A stretch of 42,671 bases of DNA, from the NCBI GenBank assembly GCA_028282585.1, contig JANQHR010000082.1:1-42671 (forward strand), read 5' to 3'. The translations under genes were made by a program, and so were the position numbers. Origin of the DNA: Bacteroidales bacterium (lineage in GTDB: Bacteria > Bacteroidota > Bacteroidia > Bacteroidales > UBA12077). A model generated the notes under the pieces. That model saw nothing but the letters and a program-made list of their open reading frames with translations. It had not been told where the DNA came from and ran no database searches. This document shows positions 37,060 to 42,671 of the stretch, piece by piece. The stretch's first letter is position 1, and every line of letters begins with the position of its first letter.

Positions 37060-39711
37060 GTGGTTAATAAGTGGCGCAGATATATAAAACATCCCTTGTT
37101 TATTGGTACAATTTTGGGTCTTCTGGTAATAATTTTATTAGCTAATTTCTTACCTTTTTATATTACGGAAAAGATCGAAGAATCTAAGATCAATAATAAT
37201 GGAGAAGTTTATTATTACGATTTAAATCATGATGGAAATAGTGAGAAACTCAACTATTATCATTACGATAGAATATTTCAACCTACCTTATATTTATATG
37301 ACTCAAATGAAAAGCTTATAACTTTATGGAATTTTCTCGAGTCTCCGGTAAAAAATTTTAAAATATTTTCGGACGATTACAATAATGATAACCAGGACGA
37401 GATATTTGTATTTACGGTTAAAATGGATTCGGTGTTTTTGTATATATTGACACCTGAAAAAGATAAGGAACCTTTATTATACCGTAGGTACATTACAAGT
37501 TTAAATACAAGCGATTCCAACTTAAAAATTGAATCAATTGGTTTATTTAATTTAGATGGAATTGATAACAAGGAGTTTCTGTTTACTATTAATGCGGGTT
37601 ACCCATATTCTCCCAGAAAAGTCATCGCATTTAATATTGATGAACAAAGTTTAAAATTTTCACCGGAATTAGGAGCAAATATTCAAACTCCAATAATTAT
37701 TGAGGATATCAATAATGATAATACCTTGGAAATTATAATAAATAATAAATCGGTAGATATTATTGGAAATGGAAATAGAGCTCAGTTAATTATCCTAAAT
37801 AATCAACTTGAGTACCATTTTCAACCTAAGGATTTTTACGGAGGATCATCACAAATTTCTGTTAAAACTGTTTCTGAAAATGGAAAAAAAATGTTAGCTG
37901 TTTTACACAGCGGCAATAGTAACGAAAATGTATTTAATAATTTGATGTTATTTACTCCCTTTGGAGTAAAAAAGAAGGAAGTAAATTTAAAATCAAACGC
38001 AAATTTAGTTTTGATTCCGATTTCTAGTAATGAAGATAATTTATACCTTTTATCTGGTAAACAAATATATAAGTATTCTTTTCAATTAAATAAGCTTAAA
38101 ATACGCAGGATATCAAAAGATGAGGATTATCATTTTATTTCGGAAAGAGATGTTGTTGGAAATGACGAAAGTGAATATCTATTTGGGAGTAGGAACAACT
38201 TATTAATTACATCTAAAAATTTTAGACACAGTACAAAGATTAATGTTAAAAACGATAAAAAACTGATTATAACGGATCAAAATGAAAACAACAAAACAAA
38301 AGCATTATCAGTTCAGGGAGGTGAAAATTGGCAATTGATTGAAATATACGAAAATAAGGCCTTTTTTTATGAGTCAATTTTCTATTTGATTATTTTTCTG
38401 ATTATTACTTTTAGCGTATTTGGGATAAGTAGGTTAAAATTTAACTTAAAAAGTTTGAAAAAATCATTTTTGGGTAAGAGTGAGGAGATACTGCTTCATG
38501 AGCTAGAAGAAAACCTTAAAGATAAATTTACAGATCTTAAATCTCATGTTGGAGAAATAGGAGACCAAATAACTGGAGATTCTTATGAAAGAATACTAAA
38601 TAAAATTGATGATACATACAATGAGGTAAAAAATATTTCAAAAAATATTCCGGGTAAAAAGGGAAAGCAGGAAACATTTAAGCAAAGACTTCTAGACGCG
38701 CTAAGCGAAAAACAAGTTTCTTTAAAGGCTAAACTTCAAATATTTTCTGAAGAAAGTTTTACTTCCTTAAATAAAGTTACAAAAGATGCTATTGTTGAAT
38801 TATGTGATAAGTGCGTTGATTTTATTGAAAATTACTCAAATAGTGAAGAACTGAGTATACAATTAATGCATCATTCTGAGTACATAAATATCCTATTTGA
38901 GATAGAAGGATTATTTATTAATCCTGATAATTTGGAAAAAAACCTTGAATTAGATACAACAGTTAAAAGAATAAATAGCAAGCTAGAATTGGCTAATATA
39001 AGAGGATACGGTACTATAATTAATGCTTCTGTCCCTTTAAATATTTTGGAAGGCGAAATATCAAAATCAGTAAAAAAGATTAAAGTAATAATTGCAGAGG
39101 ATCATGATGTTTCGTTATTTGGCTTAATTTCATTGTTCAAAACAAAAGAAGATATTGAAATTATTGGTACAGCTAAAAATGGAATGGAGGTTCTTAAGCT
39201 TTTGGAAACGAAAGATACTGATGTTATCATTACAGATATATCAATGCCAGGTATGGATGGTATTGAGCTTACAGAAAGACTTAAAAATGAATATCCGCAA
39301 ATAAAAGTAGTTGTATTTACTATGTACATGGAAAACTGGTTTGTTGAGCAACTTATAAATCATGGTGCAAAAGGTTTTGTTTCTAAAAACTCGAAAACAG
39401 TTGAGTTAGTTGGTGCGGTAAGAAGCGTTGTAGAAGGTAATAATTACTATTGCCCCCAGTTTAAATCTAAATTTGGTTTTAAAGGAACTAACAATGGAAT
39501 AAAACAAAAGCTAGATTCTTTATCAAAAAATGAACTTCACATTGTAAAGCAATATGCAGAAAATCTTTCCAAAGAACAGATCGCAGCTAAAATGGATTTA
39601 AGTACAAAAACTATTGATAATTTTGTCGCTAATATCCTTATTAAACTTAATGCAGGTGATGAGGATGAGATCATACGAATAGCTAAAAAACAAAAATTTG
39701 TTTCTGAATAA
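37060..39711 (+). CDS. Fused membrane sensor: TM - FG-GAP-like periplasmic domain - TM - degenerate HisKA_3/HATPase - REC - LuxR HTH
   Basis: DLNHDGNSE, DYNNDNQDE and DINNDNTLE Ca-loop motifs; second TM at ~aa437-456; NarL-type receiver (IAEDH, ITDISMPGMDG, FTMY, FVSK) and LuxR HTH. Confidence 0.82.
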   Translation: MVNKWRRYIKHPLFIGTILGLLVIILLANFLPFYITEKIEESKINNNGEVYYYDLNHDGNSEKLNYYHYDRIFQPTLYLYDSNEKLITLWNFLESPVKNFKIFSDDYNNDNQDEIFVFTVKMDSVFLYILTPEKDKEPLLYRRYITSLNTSDSNLKIESIGLFNLDGIDNKEFLFTINAGYPYSPRKVIAFNIDEQSLKFSPELGANIQTPIIIEDINNDNTLEIIINNKSVDIIGNGNRAQLIILNNQLEYHFQPKDFYGGSSQISVKTVSENGKKMLAVLHSGNSNENVFNNLMLFTPFGVKKKEVNLKSNANLVLIPISSNEDNLYLLSGKQIYKYSFQLNKLKIRRISKDEDYHFISERDVVGNDESEYLFGSRNNLLITSKNFRHSTKINVKNDKKLIITDQNENNKTKALSVQGGENWQLIEIYENKAFFYESIFYLIIFLIITFSVFGISRLKFNLKSLKKSFLGKSEEILLHELEENLKDKFTDLKSHVGEIGDQITGDSYERILNKIDDTYNEVKNISKNIPGKKGKQETFKQRLLDALSEKQVSLKAKLQIFSEESFTSLNKVTKDAIVELCDKCVDFIENYSNSEELSIQLMHHSEYINILFEIEGLFINPDNLEKNLELDTTVKRINSKLELANIRGYGTIINASVPLNILEGEISKSVKKIKVIIAEDHDVSLFGLISLFKTKEDIEIIGTAKNGMEVLKLLETKDTDVIITDISMPGMDGIELTERLKNEYPQIKVVVFTMYMENWFVEQLINHGAKGFVSKNSKTVELVGAVRSVVEGNNYYCPQFKSKFGFKGTNNGIKQKLDSLSKNELHIVKQYAENLSKEQIAAKMDLSTKTIDNFVANILIKLNAGDEDEIIRIAKKQKFVSE

Positions 39712-39746
39712 TTTACTCAAAAAAGGTAAACTTTTATAGGTTTCAC

Positions 39747-39754
39747 TAAATTTG
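39747..39754 (+). promoter_or_regulatory. -7 promoter box (TAAATTTG) for the TPR-membrane protein-ung operon
   Basis: Exact TAnnTTTG 22 bp upstream of ATG 39777. Confidence 0.55.
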
Positions 39755-39776
39755 TGTGAAAATTTTGCATAAATTT

Positions 39777-40088
39777 ATGGATCATATTAAAGCTAAGGTA
39801 AATAAGTATATTAAAAACAGAGAATATACAAAAGCAATTAAAGAGTTGTCTGATTTGATTGAGGAAGATTCTGGAAATATTGATTGGTTAAAACTGAGGG
39901 GTGATATATATAATTTAAAGCAAGACTATGGAAAAGCTTTAAATGATTATAATAAAGTGTTAAAAATTGAAACTGATGATAAAATTATTGCCTCAAAGAT
40001 TGAAATGATAAAAGATATTCTTAAATTTCAAGCTTTAGACATATTTGAATCGACAAATTTAAATAAAGATCCTTGGTTAGACGATTAA
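39777..40088 (+). CDS. Small TPR protein
   Basis: TPR pattern LRGDIY...DYGKALNDYNKVLKI; C-terminal NLNKDPW. Start moved from GTG 39756 to ATG 39777 because of the promoter position. Confidence 0.8.
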   Translation: MDHIKAKVNKYIKNREYTKAIKELSDLIEEDSGNIDWLKLRGDIYNLKQDYGKALNDYNKVLKIETDDKIIASKIEMIKDILKFQALDIFESTNLNKDPWLDD

Positions 40089-40092
40089 CATT

Positions 40093-40590
40093 ATGCAACT
40101 AAATTATAACGCATCACATACCGATCAGAGTTTTATGGGGCGGGTATTTCTTTTTGCGAAGCGCAATTACTGGATGTTTATTCTCGACGTATTAGTTATT
40201 ATTTTTGCCGCTATTCCTCCATATACATGGGAAGAAACAAAGATTCTTTTAATTTTAATCGGGATTTTATTACTACGGGACATATTTGTACTTCGAATAG
40301 CTTTTAATCATTTGGGTAAATTTATCGCAAAAGGAAATGAAGTGACCATTGGAATTTTAAAAGGAAGCAAATTTCAAAAAGATATTATTGAATGGCTTCC
40401 GGATATTGAAATTGAAATCCGCTATAAATTAAACACTCCCGTTTTAATGATATTAACCGGTGGTGAAGTTATTTTTAAGCAATATCCCATGGGTATTTGG
40501 ACTTTTGAAAAAATGAAAGAGTTTATGGATTCATTCTACGATTATAAAAAAGAACAAGCATTGTGGAAAATTTATAAAGGACAAGACTGA
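40093..40590 (+). CDS. Hypothetical two-TM membrane protein
   Basis: Two hydrophobic helices, then a soluble beta-rich tail; 4-5 bp spacing to neighbours. Confidence 0.7.
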   Translation: MQLNYNASHTDQSFMGRVFLFAKRNYWMFILDVLVIIFAAIPPYTWEETKILLILIGILLLRDIFVLRIAFNHLGKFIAKGNEVTIGILKGSKFQKDIIEWLPDIEIEIRYKLNTPVLMILTGGEVIFKQYPMGIWTFEKMKEFMDSFYDYKKEQALWKIYKGQD

Positions 40591-40595
40591 TCCCG

Positions 40596-41330
40596 ATGGT
40601 TAAAGATCCTGTTTTTCTTAATTCTTTAAAAAATATCGATTCATCATGGAATGATTTCCTAACAGAAGATATGATAAATCTTCTCCTGGAAATCCAGAAA
40701 AATATAGGCGAAACAGAAAACGAATATACTCCTCCAAAAAATAAAGTGTTAAGGTTTCTTGAATCTTCATTATCAGAAACTAAAATTATTATACTTGGAC
40801 AAGATCCTTATCCACAGAAAGGAGTTGCAACAGGCAGGGCATTTGAAGTAGGGACTTTACAATCCTGGAATGATAAGTTCAGCAACATTTCGTTAAAAAA
40901 TATGGTACGTGCCATTTATCATGCTTATAATGATAAATATCTAAAATATAGTGAGATAAAAAAGGAAATTGGATTCAATTTTCAGTTGAACGTACCAGGT
41001 AGATTATTTGTTGACTGGGAGAAACAAGGAGTTCTATTATTAAATACATCTTTTACTTGTGAAATAGGAAAATCGAATAGTCACGAAAAATACTGGCGCG
41101 AATTTACGAATCAGTTGCTTAATTATATAGCAACAAGAAATAAGAAAATAATATGGTTTCTCTGGGGAAATAATGCCAAATCAATTGTTTCCGATATTAA
41201 TATTGAAAGAAAAATCGAATCAATGCATCCTATGATGTGCTACCAAAAGGCAGACCGACCAAATGACTTTTTATTTGGAAAAATTAATTGTTTTAAAGAA
41301 ACCAAAAATATGATTAACTGGCTGGGTTAA
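40596..41330 (+). CDS. ung: Uracil-DNA glycosylase, family 1
   Basis: IILGQDPYP, ATGRAF, W.KQGVLLLN, SH..W..F, FLWG and HP motifs. Confidence 0.9.
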   Translation: MVKDPVFLNSLKNIDSSWNDFLTEDMINLLLEIQKNIGETENEYTPPKNKVLRFLESSLSETKIIILGQDPYPQKGVATGRAFEVGTLQSWNDKFSNISLKNMVRAIYHAYNDKYLKYSEIKKEIGFNFQLNVPGRLFVDWEKQGVLLLNTSFTCEIGKSNSHEKYWREFTNQLLNYIATRNKKIIWFLWGNNAKSIVSDINIERKIESMHPMMCYQKADRPNDFLFGKINCFKETKNMINWLG

Positions 41331-42156
41331 TTTTAGAATTAATATAGTCAGCAATTGCCTGATCATATAAACCCATGATTCTTCTTAAAACTTTATTTTT
41401 GGTATCGAACTTACCATCCCCAATGTTTTTAACAGGTAATACTTTGATAGATGTTCCTGATAAAAATGCGCAATCCATATTTGATAAATCCGAAAAATGA
41501 ATTCTATCCTCTGCTATATCAATATTTTTCTGTTTGCAGATATTGATTAGTTGTTTTCGTGTAATCCCGTTTAGCACATCACAAACCGGAGGGGTAATAA
41601 CCTTATTATTTTTAATAAAGAATATGTTTGACCGGCTACCTTCAGCAACAAATCCGTCCTTATTCATCAATAATACCTCGTATAATTTTTCTTCAACAAT
41701 TCGATGATTTGCTTTTTTTCTGGCTTCTGTATTATAGACTTTAGCATTAGGATTTAATCTTACAGCATTGCATAATCCCACTTCAACACCATCTTGATAT
41801 TCTTCTTTGTTTGGAAATAAATAGGGAGTAAAATAAATTAACAAATCTTTTTCAGAGTTTCCATTTTGATCATCAAACCTGACTATAAGTTTAATTTTGC
41901 CTTCGTTAACCTTGTTTTTCTTGATTAGTTCATTGATAAGAGTTTCAAAATCGCAATAACTTTCATTGATATTTAACCGAGAAATATCGGCTGAATCAAA
42001 AAGCCGGTTAAGATGATCTTCTAAAAAAATCGGGATACCGTTCTCGATTTTAATTACTTCATATATAGCTTTCCCTTTAGTTAAAAGGTTGTCATTAAAA
42101 TCTTTACACGATCTAAATCTGAAATTGTGAAGATATAAATCATTCGTACACTCCAT
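41314..42156 (-). CDS. Class IV PLP-dependent aminotransferase (IlvE/PabC/Dat-like)
   Basis: YEVIK, HLNRL..SA, NAK (PLP lysine), EGSRSNIFF, LNGITR and FLSGT motifs. Confidence 0.88.
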   Translation of the reverse strand: MECTNDLYLHNFRFRSCKDFNDNLLTKGKAIYEVIKIENGIPIFLEDHLNRLFDSADISRLNINESYCDFETLINELIKKNKVNEGKIKLIVRFDDQNGNSEKDLLIYFTPYLFPNKEEYQDGVEVGLCNAVRLNPNAKVYNTEARKKANHRIVEEKLYEVLLMNKDGFVAEGSRSNIFFIKNNKVITPPVCDVLNGITRKQLINICKQKNIDIAEDRIHFSDLSNMDCAFLSGTSIKVLPVKNIGDGKFDTKNKVLRRIMGLYDQAIADYINSKINPAS

Positions 42157-42565
42157 AGTAATTAAATTGTTCTTAAAAGTAATAATTCATATAGTAAAAA
42201 CGTATTGTTCATGATACTTTTCAAAAAAGGCAAACTTTAGGTTTGCAAATTAAATAATCTTTCTAATTAGTTTGACAGTTTTTGTAATTCAGAAATTTAT
42301 GTCCATTTTATCAGCGTAAACGTTTTTTCATCGCGTTTTGCAGCCTGACGGTTGCATTTGAGATTTTAGCTAACCCTCATTAAACATGCAAGTAGCTTGA
42401 GCGCTAAAAAGTTTTAACGGTGCTCTAAAACATATAAATTAAGGGGTCACCTTTTAAGTGGTTTTGGAATAATATATGGAGGGGAGTCCTGTTTATTAGA
42501 TACCCATTTTATTTTAATATAATTTTAACTAAAATAGTATACTGTAAAAACCTGGTTAAATAATT

Positions 42566-42671
42566 ATGAAAAAAAACATATATTATTCTTTATTAACTCT
42601 TTTTATAGTATTTGGAACAATAGCTTGTGAGAAAGACGACCCCGCAGGCCCAAACAACCCGCTCAATGGCA
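42566..42671 (+). CDS. Lipoprotein, 5' fragment (possibly FISUMP-domain family)
   Basis: Manual translation MKKNIYYSLLTLFIVFGTIAC-EKDDPAGPNNPLNG; lipobox TIAC. The family guess rests only on the NPLNG motif. Runs off the window end. Confidence 0.65.
   Translation, partial: MKKNIYYSLLTLFIVFGTIACEKDDPAGPNNPLNG

Noticed and set aside
1953-39329. About 30 short (60-97 aa) ORFs antisense to or overlapping the long genes, e.g. 1953-2183, 10385-10594, 22498-22791
   Set aside because: Shadow ORFs of well-supported genes with no recognisable motifs.

Overview
AT-rich chromosomal window from a Bacteroidota genome, probably Bacteroidales/Marinilabiliales-like. The assignment rests on TAnnTTTG -7 promoter boxes, A-rich translation starts and many lipoproteins. 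I found no rRNA, tRNA, CRISPR array or transposase. The left part (1-10.3 kb) holds accessory and stress genes: a DUF559 nuclease fragment, an MBL-fold protein with a degenerate metal motif, a SAM methyltransferase with a structured leader, ferritin-like, VOC, pentapeptide, GNAT, acyltransferase-3, ankyrin lipoprotein and Crp genes, and a divergent AraC-TM-TPR regulator. The centre (10.5-31.1 kb) is the most interesting block. An ~18 kb plus-strand run encodes an entirely cytoplasmic multi-PAS/GAF phosphorelay with no DNA-binding output. It ends in a His-to-Gln pseudokinase whose gene overlaps a eukaryote-ABCG/White-like NBD-first ABC transporter gene, followed by a helical lipoprotein, a small 4-Cys secreted protein and a stand-alone secreted beta-sandwich domain. 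Paralogs of the lipoprotein and the 4-Cys protein are transcribed divergently at the other end of the block. One kinase carries an in-frame nested palindromic DNA insertion. The right part has a lipoprotein behind a sigma54-like promoter, a LytS/LytTR pair, three PD40/TolB-like propeller paralogs, a fused sensor-pseudokinase-NarL protein, a TPR protein, ung, a class IV aminotransferase and a truncated lipoprotein. All calls come from motif recognition by eye; no database searches were run.
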